A stretch of DNA of 62,200 nt, filler included, from Choristocarpus tenellus KU-1152 (taxonomy: Eukaryota > Protista > Phaeophyceae): assembly GCA_964200185.2 (NCBI GenBank). It is 10 parts of 10 records of this genome, joined end to end, with 100 filler letters (N's around TTAATTAATTAA, not from the genome) between each part and the next. Parts side by side here need not be neighbours in the genome. Positions count along the whole stretch, not along the records: positions 36,330 to 43,027 come from CAXNAD020007540.1; positions 43,128 to 46,937 come from CAXNAD020017795.1; positions 47,038 to 53,284 come from CAXNAD020008578.1; 7 more parts are not named here. The stretch is one strand, 5' to 3'. A program made the position numbers and the translations under genes. This document shows positions 36,501-49,560 of this stretch, one piece after another. The notes under the pieces are model-generated. The model worked only from the letters and a program-made list of their open reading frames with translations. It was not told where the DNA came from and did not search any database. How positions within the stretch are numbered: position 1 is the stretch's first letter; each line of letters begins with the position of its first letter.

Positions 36501-39360
36501 ATCCTTCGAATGCAACCCTAACCTTGACCCTCAATTGGTTTGGCTCATGACATGCCTAGTTTTGGTGAACCACATGTCTATTCTATAAATCGTTTGGCTA
36601 CTCAACACTGATAATACTAGTGGTACATTACTGACGAAAGCGTCAGGACTTCAGTCTGGACTAGGTGCCAATAAGGATCTGTTCCTCTGCAATTTTTTCT
36701 TTGTCCTTTGACTTGTCATTATTTTATTAACTACATACTGGAGTAAATGGTGTTAACAGTGAACACGAGACACAGCTAACTGTATGTCTTGGACTAGGGA
36801 AAGACAGTTATCCATACATGTATTCGTGCCTTTGTGGAATTTGGTTGACATCTTCTGGTTAAAGAACTCCTAAGTATATATAGAGAATGCTCCTGTAATA
36901 AATACATTTGATTATGATCTTGAAATATTATCTAGAGATGCACAACACGTGCATTCACTCACGGTCTTGCCTTCAAATTAGGGACCATGTCTTGAATTTT
37001 TTATCCAGTCTCCACGACCTGTTGTCACCTATACGGATTATTGGTGTAGTGTTTTTGGTACTTGAGTTTTTTTCTATGTGCATTTCTATACACAACTAAA
37101 ATATGTGCTAGTATGATATATCTGTATGCCACATACGCACTCCTACCTCTTAACTGTAGAGCTCAACTGTGGATAGTATTCAATTGGACTGGACAAAGTC
37201 AATATGACATTTCAGGGGGAATAGTAGTGCCTGTCTGCATCCTCGAACAAGTGTATTAGTACTGCTGATAGTATTAGCAACTAGTACAACAGATAACATC
37301 AGTGGAGGTGATGGAGCTGGGAGTGGGAGTGTGCTGAAGGCATTTATTCGTATGATGAAAGAAAACCAACTGTGAACGGTGAATGAATGCGGTATGGTGT
37401 TTTTGTAATTGTTGCATGGCAGGAAATGGGTCATGGACGAATGAGAACGATATTTTTTATGTGCCTTCCTTTTGAAGCAGTGTCGCACGTACCTGTTTGG
37501 TATTTGTGTAGGAACATACAATTTTAACTACAAGCGGCGTGTCACAGTGTGGTAATCGATGAATGATAATGGTAAAAACAGTAGTAGCAGCAATAAGGGA
37601 TGTCTTCTGTCCATTGTGTGTTCTGCACAAAAAGGGGAACGTATAGTTTGGAAAACAAGGTAGTTCATGATTGATCATGAGTTGCTGCTGGCAGGAGGCG
37701 GAAGACGTGATTTGTTAGGGAAAGGTGAGGAAACGTATGTACCAGGAGTGCTTTTGAAACACGAAGAAAATTTGCTACGCTTGAGAAGGAACATTTGTCC
37801 ACAGGTTAGTAGTGATTCATTAGTCTCCACGCTTGGGAACAGCAATTACCAGTGAGATTTTTGTGATACATATATATGGAAAACCAAATCCAACACGAAC
37901 AGTATTTAAAACGTGAGACCAAGAACAGATGGGCAATGTTTTCTTATTTCCTGTCCATGATTGCTTGTGCCTGCAAAATTCTCAAATTTGTATGTGTGTA
38001 TGCTTGGATGCGACAAACACAAATTCATCGTCCATGATACAAAAATACAACGAGCAAGTTCGAAGAATACGGTAAAGTCACTGTCAAAATGGAATATTCA
38101 TATTACTCCAGAGTATTTCTATAGTGCACAGTGCTCTCTAGGTAGGATGTTGAATAAAGAATACCACCACTACACCCTGGTAGTATGGGTTGCTTGGGCA
38201 CCACTGACGACAGTAGTAGTAGTGAGTGGAGAATAGTAGAGGTAAGAAGAAAATAATGTGTATAAAGCGATATATTTGTGTCTGTCTCTGTACAAACGTA
38301 CACATCAGCTACTGGATGTAATGTTATTCTGTCTGATGCGTATGTAAGTAGTGTAGTGAGCCCTAACTCTAGCCCTAGTAGTCTTTTCATGAACCTAATC
38401 CTTTATTAATTTGTTCTGTAGGGAGTAGCCTTATATTGGTTCAGACGTCCCAACCCTGATCATAGTCTTGAACATACTAACTCTGTGTGATACTTTTTCT
38501 CTATTTGCAGCAAGTGGATCCATTGGTTCGGGAGTGCTACTACTGCCCAATTGGGAATTGTTGCTACAATGGAAAAGAATCCCCTTCCTCCGCTTGAATT
38601 CACAATGATGTACACCAGGCAGGTGATGACTAACACCCTTGCATTTCATGGATGGCGAGTGACTTGCAGGATTAAGGCCTGGGTAAGGGTTAAAGTTTCA
38701 AAATATTACTATTGGTGTTCTTCAGCCGTTCCGGCAGTTGGTATGTCCAGGGTTTGGACCAGGGCCTCAGGCTAGCCCACAGCCCAGACAAGTTGACTAC
38801 CATGGGCCGGTCATGTCAGAACAAATTGTATATTAGTAGCAGGACACTGTGCGGTTCAATTATGCCGAAATATAATATAATACCTAACAACCGAGGATGG
38901 AAAAAAGTGCTACTTTATTCTTTCTGGAGTAGCAACCCAGTCGAGATGGATCGGGCCACAATCTGGTCGTAATATACGACAAATGAAGTAATCCCAAGTA
39001 AGAAAAGAACAAACTCATTTGTTATCTATACGTTACTCTCTTCTGCACCAACCCTTGTTCTTGATATAGATTGGTTGGCAAGAAGGGCCGTGACAGATTT
39101 TCGGTATGCTTCTCTAGCTCCTCATTCTCCTTGGTAGGGCTAAGCTAGGTTAGAAGTGTAGCAGTGTACACATTGCTTCGTAGTGCACAACCTTCAACTG
39201 GACATTTCTATTGATGGTTTTCAAATAATAATTCTTTAAGAGGGGTAGGTGTCTTAGTATTGACAATCGTGGTATTTACAGTCCTTGTTGTAGTAATGGT
39301 TTTGGTTTTCCTTGACACATTTGCAAGAGGGCATATTTATAAATATATAGAAAGAAAAGA

Positions 39361-39670
39361 GAGTAGTTATAACCTCAACACCTTCTTGGTGGCAAGTTTT
39401 GGGCGCCTCAGTAAGCAAGCGGAAAGTTGTCTGGATGAGCTAGCTACGTACGCAGTAGGGGGGAGAGGGACAACAGGAGGCTACAGCAGAAAGGGAACTG
39501 TCAAATCCTGTCCACGCAAGTAGCCCTATCTAGACGTGCCATGTGTTTTAAGCTGGAGACACCAGTGGAGATGGGCAAGGAGGGGCTTGTTACTTCTTGG
39601 GATGCTTCCCTAGCTCCTACCCTGGGGTGCAGGACTAAGCTAGGTTGGAGGCACAGACAGGAAGACAAAT
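39361..39670 (+). mobile_element. 3'-end fragment of the CRE-like retrotransposon (a second, inverted fragment lies at ~39845-40005)
   Basis: NLNTFLVASFGRLSKQAESCLDELATYAVGGRGT matches NLNIFAVEIFGQLSKQVECFLDELATHMVGRRGT of the 9635-10444 ORF. The 3' UTR is also homologous. Confidence 0.8.
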
Positions 39671-42600
39671 ATGTAGCATAGTTGGTAGTAACATTTTGTA
39701 GATGTGTCAGGGAAAACCCAATTCAATATCGTAAGGACCCTTGTAGAAGTAACAGGTGTCTGTCGTAAATGTGAAAGATATCTCTAAAAAAAAACTTTTT
39801 GAATGCTCCCCTCCTATCTATGCCTCCGACCTAACTTATCCCTACACCACAACAGGGTGAGGAGCTAGGGAAACATCCCAAGAATCTGACGGGCCCCTCC
39901 TTCCTTGTCCATAATCCTGGTGTCTCCAGCTTAAAACGCATGACACCTCTTGATAGAACCACTACTTGTATAGTGATTGACACTATATCTGTCATAAACG
40001 GGATTACATTAAACTGTTATTTTTATAGGGGTTCTTACGATTTAAGTTTGACTTTTTCTCTGACCCGTCTCCAAAATGTCAGAGGGAATGATAATTTAAT
40101 ATAATATCTTCTGACAAAACTGGTCCAGACATGATGTCGGAAAATATTGAAGCCTCTGTCTGGTAGGAGATGGTACAGGTTCCAGTAGTACCTCGACATA
40201 GTTGGGATATGTTAGAAAATATTAGAATATATGTGTAGTTCGTGGACTGGACAAAATTCAATAATTGGGTTTCGTTCCTGGTTGGGACATGCCAGAAAAT
40301 ATTGGAACCAGTCCGATCTCTGGACCGGTCCTTTCATAACTTTGACTTGATGAAAAGGTCCTTAAGAATCTCTTGGGTCGTTTCGCATCTCTCTTTTTGG
40401 TTCTGCACTGTGCCCAGTCATGACATGGGCTCACCAGTTATGAGGCATGACCCCAAAAGGGATCGGGCCGGGAGAGGTGAAATCATCGCCCAAGAGCGAG
40501 AAGATGAATGTAGGGAATCTGGACCGAGTGCGACCATGTACAACAACAAACAAACAGGTCCCAGATCTGTTTTAATGGAAGAAGGGGTGAGAAATGATAT
40601 TTGTCAAAACTATGTATCTTGATTTGAAAACCATGACCATTGTATGACTCCCTTCGTCCTGTACAGTGTGCAACTGTGTCGATCTAGCCTTAGGGTGACC
40701 CCTGTCCATGTTGGATACCTACAATTTTTTCCACAAATACTGTGTTGGGCATCGTCTTGTTCTGGGCTGTTAATTCCTTGTGCCACGAGGAGCATAGAGT
40801 ATGTTTTGAAATGGATCTACCATGCTGCCCGTCGAATACTGCAATGAAACAGAGCGCCAAAGAGGAAGAGAAGGGAAATGTCAATTGCTGGTACAAGCAG
40901 TATCTGCGTAAATGTGAAGACTACAGAAAGCTTGCAAATGCCGTAGTCAAGGCGGTGAGTCCAGGTCAGCCTTTTATGGTAAGAGTTTTTCGCATTCTGG
41001 TGCTCTTTTGTGCTGTCCTAGATGAAATTCGATAGTGATAAATTATTACCAAGCACGATGAGCACAATTTGTTCCCCGTGCTACTAGCAATCCGTGTGTT
41101 CCATCTCGCAATCCAACTCTACTTCACTTCATTCCCCATATGGTCTGAGACATGGATCTATGTCCGCTTGGATGGTAGATTGGTCGTTACCATGCCCGCC
41201 TACGCCAAACTTTCCTCGCCACTAAAACTGCTTCATTCTCATGTTTACCATGGCAGAGAGATTCTACCAGGGATTATCTTGGTTCTCTACAGCTCGAGGT
41301 TAAGGCGCAGCAACATGGAGATAGCACGGCAAGGAGAATGACAGAGGTCAGGGCTATGATGCATTTGGGAACGGTGGTTATGTGTAGTCCTAGCCTGCTT
41401 CCCTACCCTTCCCTCACCCTAACATGGGCAAGAGTGAGGTCTTCCATGTGTAACGACTAATCTCATCATACTTCAGGATTGTGCCCTCTCCTCCCCTCCC
41501 CTCCCCCATGGTCAACACCATACCGATTCGTGCTTTTCTCTTGCAAATTCACAGCCTATTGACACTCTCCCTCACACAGGTCTTTCTGAACCCTTACTAC
41601 TACTGTAGGCAACTAACTGTGCTTCCCTGCTGTTTATATCACTTCTCTCTCCCTCAGAATCAACATAGAAACCTACCGCTCCCACCTCCTGGACAGAGGC
41701 ATCGCACAGTAACCTTTTCGCAAGGATGTAAACCGCCCAGAAGAACACAGGACTCAGATATTTTCTCCGAGGCCATGATGTGCCAAGAGGTAAAGGCGTT
41801 ACCTCTTGAGATTTCTTTATCTGTTACCTTATTGGCGGCATGACTATGATTCCTTTTTTTGCTCAAGTTTGTATTATTGCTAGGATACAATATTCCTATG
41901 TGGTTCTGAGTCTTGAAAGGGTGACCCAAGCACGACTTATATTTTAACTTGGGACCAGCAGAGGTAAATAATGTCTTTGCTTCTGGTTCAATGTTTCCTA
42001 ATGTTGAAGTATTACTGTTCTTACATAAATCGCATGTATCCTACCAAGAACGACAAACATTTATTTACCTCTAGAAATTGAAGAGGGCACCATTCACACT
42101 CCCACCGTTGACACTGCATGATTGTTCTGTTATTGCTGAGGTGTATTTTGTTGATCGTTGAATATTTTTTTGAGTGTCTTGCCTCAACATTGCATACAGC
42201 GGGGAGTCCGCTACACACCTGAAAAAACAGACTCAATAATCTTTACTGCACAGGAGTTGTTTGAATAATTTCATATGTTGTCTGAAAAATGCACGCTCTA
42301 CTCCTTGGCACATGGTAGCTATGCTCATAGAAGATTGCCTGTGGCCATAGCCTTTCATTACCTTTCCTAAAAACAGTTCTTGCTGGATCTCGGCAGCAGT
42401 ACTGTCAAAGTCACAGTCTCCTATGTGTAGCTGATTAGAATTTGTTATGGGGTGGAACCTTGCCCCCCCAGTGAGTGTTTTATGCTTCCTGTAGACCTCA
42501 TTCTCTACCTGATATGTTTGTAAAGTCGTGATGGAGTTGGTATGGTGAGAATTGGTGGTGAACACCACACCGTTCTGGATGGACTTCACCAAGACTTGAT

Positions 42601-43984
42601 GCTCAGTGGTAGTAGTCTATCCTGGTGTAACCTCACATGGGCAGAGATTTTTTTTCATTGCGTATCCCCACCCCATGTGCTCCACTTATCGAAGCTTCTG
42701 ACCAGTGTGAACTCAGAGCTAGGATATGCTGAAGACACAATGGAATCATCTGAAGCCATCATTGCGGAGCTGATTGAGCTTGTCCGCGACAAGGTGCCTC
42801 TCACGTTGCCTTGATGACTCCACCCCTTACAACCCACCCGTGTGCCTTTTTTCATCACCTGCCCCGTCCTTGCAACGCTGCGAGAGGAACTTGCGCAGAA
42901 ATTTCCGGCAGCATTCATCGTTTGCTATCCTCTTCACACACAGTACATGTAACTGTAGTGATCGCTCCCAACCATGTGCAAGCAAGCGCTCTCGCTCTCT
43001 TTTTTTTTCGTAGCATGTGTGTGGGGGNNNNNNNNNNNNNNNNNNNNNNNNNNNNNNNNNNNNNNNNNNNNTTAATTAATTAANNNNNNNNNNNNNNNNN
43101 NNNNNNNNNNNNNNNNNNNNNNNNNNNGGGAGAGAATTGCTGAGATGCTCTCCATTTTTATTTTTTATTGTAAGATGTTTGAATTTTTTGGTATATATTC
43201 ATAGTTCCTAGCAAGGGTAAGCCTTTCCATGACAGAACCCAATCTCTTTTGTGACTGTGAGTCATGGTCTTAGTGTCCTGTCGTTTCTGTGTTCTAGTTC
43301 TGAAAGGGAGAGTCCATGGCAATACCCAAGTTCAGTGCTACTATGGTTTTGTGTCTGTATTTGTGTTTGTTTATCTTGGAAGGGGTTAAATCTTTTTAGA
43401 CAGTACCCTACTTTTGACGTGTGTATGAGACTCTGGTGTAGGAGTTTTTCTTTTGAACGTTGAGTCAAATACAGAGTGAGTGCCGTGAGGTACGAGTGTC
43501 GCGCTGACATATCTTTCGTCAGGGCAAACTTTGGAAGGGGTTTTTTCCTCCAGGTTTCCTCCTCCGCTGGATCCCCAACGCTGCCTACTGATATGTTAGG
43601 ACCTGGAAGTGACATTAATTTCATTTCTGCTGCGTTCATGATAGGATGAAGAGTGACATTGTATCTCCTTGTCCAATCGCCTATTTATCGCATTGAAGCA
43701 GCTATGCTTCATGCTAGGGGGGCATGTCACAGGCGATATGTCTTGATGGCGGTTTCATAAACATCATTATGACATTAAAGTTCGAGATTTGATATATTTG
43801 TACTTCTTGATTATTTATTTATTAGTTGGTCATTATGGTCCCCGATTGTGATAGACATTGTTGATCAGTCCCTTTTTATACCATGATATTTACGATAGTC
43901 CAAGTGAGAGATCCAGCATACTTGACGACTTGTGCATCAGGAGTCCTATACGTACATCAGCATCATCTATAAGACCGTCGATTG

Positions 43985-44243
43985 GAGCCAAAGTATCTTA
44001 GAGGGTACAGTCGCGTCCATTTGGGGATCAAAATCCGATTATGCAATTTTGATGTAATTTTTACTATATATTTGTTAGGAGATGTCAAGATCCTTGTCTG
44101 GACACTCCTTTTCATAATGTATACATGTTACCTACTCCGAAACATTTTGGAGTAGGTAAAAATTGTCAATAAAAATCCATGGGAAGCCAAGCCCCACATG
44201 GACAAACAGGACAAAATTCGTACCCTCTAAGATACTTTCACTC
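43985..44243 (+). mobile_element. MITE family A, full length, 4-bp TSD ATTG, nested in a TGTAACA-ended element
   Basis: Both TIRs are present, with ATTG at 43981-43984 and 44244-44247. The uninterrupted site GATTGGAGCT is seen at ~12979. Confidence 0.93.
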
Positions 44244-45319
44244 ATTGGAGCTATACATCCTGAGGAGGTGAGCTTCTGAGGGGCGCCTGTAACATATCAA
44301 CAAATTGACGGATAACCAAGCACACAACCTCTCATTTCAAGGTTGAGCACCCTGAGCAACTGAAGGGAGCCCTAGATATGCTAGCAGAGATTATACTGGG
44401 TAACAGGAGCAAGTACAACGGCAAGTAGCAGTTGAAGTTTGCTGAGAGTAGAGAAGCTCCTACAAAATAGCTCACCTCCACGGAATGTGTAGGTCCAGTC
44501 CACAAGCCTGTAGATGGTGCTGATGCACATACAGGACGCCTGAGGTATACCGATAGCCCGATGACCAGCGAGGACGGTAGGTATCAGGTCACCAGATGAT
44601 GGTATAGTTCTTGTCAAAGTTAATGTACGCCAAACAAAAATCAAGAACTGAAGCGTGTGGGCGATCTCAGTCCATGAGATTCGCTCTTCTCAGGTTTTCA
44701 GACGCCGTAATACATCTGTATACCATTGCTTTATCGAAATTTAAAGATTTTACTATGTAGATATAGCGAATCGAACTTCCACATTTCGGAGGTCCGCGCG
44801 CAAGCTTACTGCTCGCACTGGATAGAGCAGGAGAAAGAACACTTTCGGTACTCGATTGTAACACGCCCCTCAGCGTGAACCAGGATTACATGTTTCACGC
44901 TCACAACTTGCGATTATCATGGATTAAGACAATAAATAACATCTATCACCTCAATCGTGCTGCAGCAGTATTTGTTGCCATTGGATGACAAGCCAAAAGG
45001 TTCTAAAATAATTAGACTCGAAATGGGTTTCACAGGGACTGCAGGTTCAAATTTGCCAATTATTTCCAACACAGGATCTGCAGCTCAGAATAAACTAGCT
45101 GTTTCCAACAATGATCGACATATTCCCTTATTTCTTTTGAGGATGAATCTCCAAAGGTCGCAAGAAACAGTCAGAGTCGATGCACGTTTCACCTAATCAG
45201 ATTGTGCACTTTCAAAAGAACAAGGTTATTTGCTCAGACAATGCCCACGTCATATAGTGGTACCAGTAGCTTCGCCCTCTGGGGTTGTCCCATCATAGTG
45301 TTTGATGTAGACATGGATA

Positions 45320-45535
45320 TAAAAAATAAAATTATATTCGTGATGCCCGTCACAAGGCCGTTCACATTACCGGCTTCGTTTTTGTTTTCGTCATTTTTTC
45401 TTTTTTTGACGAAAGAGCTCTCGTATTGGGGTTCGAACCCTGGATTGTAGGTTACCAAGAGTGGCAACAGATACATTATCACTTGATTAAAGTATAGGGT
45501 TTAGCCAGGGGAAAAGCCTCCCCGCCCTTTCTTCC
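45320..45535 (+). repeat. Dispersed repeat (~210 bp), second copy at ~61268-61475; probably a DNA-transposon subterminal segment
   Basis: Both copies share ATATTCGTGATGCCCGTCACAAGGCC...GGGTTCGAACCCT...ACCAAGAGTGGCAACAGAT...AAAGCCTCCC. Degenerate minus-strand ORFs are adjacent at 45479-46740. Confidence 0.75.
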
Positions 45536-47106
45536 TGTGTGTTTGCCCACCCACTCTTTGACCTCGGCAAGGATGTCCTCGTCGACGCCCAGGACGAAAC
45601 ACCTATCGTAGCGCCCTTGCTCTGACACCTTGATGTGGCCCTTAGTTAGGAAGTCTCTCTCCGATTTATTTGCAGTTTCCGACCTGACCATCGCATATCC
45701 TGCTGCCATCTCAAGTGCCATTTGACAGTCTTTCGGTACACAGGTACACAATTCGTAGTGTCAGAGCCTTTACTATCACATTTCCTCGTTGAGAGCCGGA
45801 AATGGGCGTTGTCCGTGTTTCCTGGGCGGGTGATATTTTATCGAGGCACGAGGGCGAGGGAGGACAGGGTTGAGTTGATCGAAAATTGTGTTGATTTCTC
45901 AAATGAATGCAGGCGGGGAGAAAGCCTTAATCAACTTTATACGTCCAACCCTAAGTCCAGGAACAAAAGTGAATGTACTGCATCTTGCAAAAAGTGGGAG
46001 ACACCAAATCATCGGTGCACAAATAGTCTCAATCTCACCTCTCTTCTTTCCTGGCGTCCTCGTCGATGGCTATCTCCGCCTGCTTTGCGACCTCTTCTAC
46101 GTAAAGGATTTGGTGGTATCGAAAAGTCTCCACAGCTGCCTTTTGTTACGATCGCTTTCTCCTCTGCCTTGCGAGCCTTTTCGAACTTCTTTCGGGCTTC
46201 AGATACCTTGTAGCCCAATCCTAGCACCTTCTTTCTCGTTTCCTTAAGCCACTCCGGCTTGCATGGCTTCCAAACAGCCAGGTCCTGCTGCAACTGTCGA
46301 CTACTATGATATTCTACATCCGGGTTTTCGCTCAGGTGTTTCCTGAGCGCAAAGGCACGCAGTCATACTGCTCTCTTCCCCAACCTTCCCTTCGGGCGGC
46401 CACCCCGGTTCTCCCTTCGCCTGCCATTACAATGCTTCCCCACAGACTTCATCACTATACCAACTGGCGATGGACTTGCCACTCTCTCCCTGCTTTCCAG
46501 AGGCGGTAGAGACTGCAGCGCAGTGTTCTGGCGTGGTTGAAGATCCAACCACGTTTTTGTGACAATGCTGCTGTGCCACACTACTCGCACTTTCTCCTCA
46601 CCTAACACCGCACTGAGTGTCACACAGTACTTGCTTTTCCATCGCCTCTCGACAGAGAAGGTGCCAAGGGTAGATCCAGGGGGAAGAGTGGCCTCAGCAA
46701 CTCTCTCCTTGTCTCCATGTTGTGGTTCATGTTGCTGCATGCTTCACGCGTGTGTGTGCTTACACAGAAAGTCTGCAAATGGCACTAAAAAGATATCCGC
46801 AAATCTTGTTTGTTTGTTTTTCGGTATCGCCACTGTTACAGGCACCCCCGAAAGCTTGCCTCCACAGGATGTATAGCTCCAATCTACGGGCTTATAGATG
46901 ATGCTGATGTACGTATAGGACTCCTGATGCACAAGTCNNNNNNNNNNNNNNNNNNNNNNNNNNNNNNNNNNNNNNNNNNNNTTAATTAATTAANNNNNNN
47001 NNNNNNNNNNNNNNNNNNNNNNNNNNNNNNNNNNNNNCAAAAATCGCGACATACAAAAATTGACCCTAGATGGACAGCCGCCACCCCCTCCCAGATACTT
47101 TGAGCC

Positions 47107-47970
47107 AGACATGTAATGCGGTCCATTGCACTTGAAACATTTTACTCCTTGACCATGATATCCAGCCAATGAAGTAGAATGTGATCCATTATTGAAGTCA
47201 AGCATCCACTAGACATCAACGCTCCATTGTGGTTCCCAATACCACTGTCCACCAACCTCTTGTTCATCCTGTACGTTTCGCAAACCCTATTCTGAAGTTG
47301 CAACCTAGCCATTTGACCCACATCGGAGATCTGACGTATCTCGATCATATACTCTGCAGAAAAACAGTTGCGAATGACTGTGAGCTGCTCTTCCTTGTCT
47401 GGTTCGGTGCCAAGACTCCACAACTTCTTTACCAGTTTTTCCATCTCTTGAATAATATCAGCACAATCCGCCTCAATTGCTAGACGCAATTCATGTAACT
47501 TTGATCTCCAGATCGCTCGTTACATGATACCGTCTCTTTCGAAACGGTCTCTCAGCGCCTGAAAAGCTTCAGACGGGCTGTCATGATTATCGACAATGTC
47601 GAGTGCAAGTACACCTACCCTCATAACCAATCCAGCCAACGCCATGCTGGCTTCTTGTACTTCCTGCGTATCCACCTTCACGTGTTGCATCCTTCAAGGC
47701 CCACCCTGATGCGGTCTAGAGTGAACAATGCATCCATTCAACCACCCATTGCTGCACAAGTTAAATATCGTTTCTTGTACGAGGGAAACCTCTCCCCATC
47801 ATCGTCACCACTATTCACCACAATTTTTGGAGGAATTGGGATGAGGCGCTGCAGGTCCACTCCCTCATTCCGTCTTGAGGTCGTGATCCTCCTTGTCACT
47901 AGATCCTCCTCATCATTGAAGCCTGTACTTCCACCCCAATATCTTCATCCTCAATGTTCACGTTACCAAT
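47107..47970 (-). mobile_element. Ty1/copia-like gag remnant
   Basis: SPSEAFQALRDRFE...EMEKLVKKLWSLG...EEQLTVIRNCFSAEY is UBN2/gag-like and is followed by a CFKCNGPH zinc-knuckle remnant. Frameshifted. Confidence 0.65.
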
Positions 47971-48649
47971 AGTAGAAGCCATCGGGACTCCGTCTGACCC
48001 CTCTACTACTAGCTTTCTTGAGATATTAGCACACTTTAAAGTATGCTAGCTAGCATATTAAAGAATGTGTAGAATCCCAAGTCTTGACATTGAAATCTGT
48101 AGATTAATTCCTTCTCAGTCATGTTGTAGGAGGTAGAAAGTTGGAGTGAGAAATACCCTTCAAGCGAGAGGGATGATAAACCTTTTCACTCATCCTTGAT
48201 CACTAATAATTCGTCACTCAATCTTCGTTACTTTTTACAACATTCCTTTTCTAGGATTCTTCTTGTTGAAATATAATAACCCCGATAATGCACGTCCTAT
48301 GTTTGCTAACATGTCACACCCTCTTGCCCTTGCGGCCTTAGCCGAAATCTCGATCATCAGGAAGGAACTGGGACTACCCCACCAGAACAGGATGTCCATG
48401 CCAGAAGAGGTATCAATCCAAACTTCACTAACACACCAAGAGGTTGTCAACAGTGTACTGGGAGCCCTCGTGCCGATGCTTCAACCTGTTTTAACCAAGA
48501 ATGTGCAAAATAGGACAATAGTGAAGTGTATCTTATTTTGTGTATATGAGATTATTGTGTTGAATTGAATCCGTGTGAGGCTTCACACCTTCTTATCTTC
48601 ACTACTGACAAATAGCATTACCTCCCAAGGTAATTTGCACAAAGAACTC

Positions 48650-49560
48650 ACCCGCTGTCTATGCTGCCTTAAGCAACCAACCTTCTTCCGTTTCTAGGAT
48701 ACACAGGAACTCTTTCCTTCCGAAAATAAATGCATCAAAACCCGTTCGACCAGTCGCATCCGTCCCCCAGCCTGTGCTTCGATCCCCACTGGCTTTAGCC
48801 ACAGACAGGTTGAATGATAAAAGTCGACACCATCCAGGCGAATGCTTACCCCATCGTCTGCCTCACAGCAGGGTGAAATCGATACATGGCTACAGGCACA
48901 CCGAGGTTTTTTCTTTCATCATGCCTATGGTCAAGACTGCTTCAGGTCCATAACCAGCGAGTGCAGGTATACACATGACGACTCGGTAGTTCCCAGGGGT
49001 TGCTTCTCGTACCTTTCGAGAATCCACCAAGGATCTCGGGGTGTTCAATCACAGCAGGTTCGCGTACGATGGTAGCATTAACAATTACACATCTCCAATA
49101 CCTAGCAGCGATGCAAGACTCGGAACTCCCTCCGCTTTCTGCGAGAAGTCCAACCAATTCGGACGCTTCAGAGTCGTCTTGAAGCTACGCCTTAGAGTCT
49201 CAGACTCCAGGGATCTCTCTCATTCCAACTATAGACAGTAAGATTCCCATTCCCAACTTGATAGTGTTCGCAATGACGCCTGCCCATTGTTCAAGTCGAG
49301 TATGGATATCCACCCTGCTATGGCATCCACGCAGAGTCCACTCGAGAATGCCTGTCAGGTACTCCTTGACACCAGTGTAGGAGGGGAGAATTCTGTCACG
49401 TCTGTTTTTTGGCCAGCACTGCTCTTTGGGAGGGTGACAATTGCTACCATATCTCAACATAGCAGGCAAAGGTACCTTACATGCAGCAAACCCCAGAGGT
49501 GCAATATTCCGCCAATGCAGGTATTGGGGTCATGCAAACTTCCAATAGCGTTTTTCCCCA
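48650..49560 (-). mobile_element. Possible highly decayed RT/RNase H remnant (DIRS/Ngaro-like)
   Basis: Scattered minus-frame motifs only (KLG...G..DS, LVGLL, GTDATGRTGF), with many stops. Confidence 0.25.

Noticed and set aside
40742-42814. Coding-like fragments (e.g. MKQSAKEEEKGNVNCWYKQYLRK; 42233-42814)
   Set aside because: I could not build a consistent spliced frame or recognise any motif.
45427-45445. GGTTCGAACCC B-box/tRNA-like motif (also at ~61370)
   Set aside because: No cloverleaf or A box. It is a short palindrome within a dispersed repeat.
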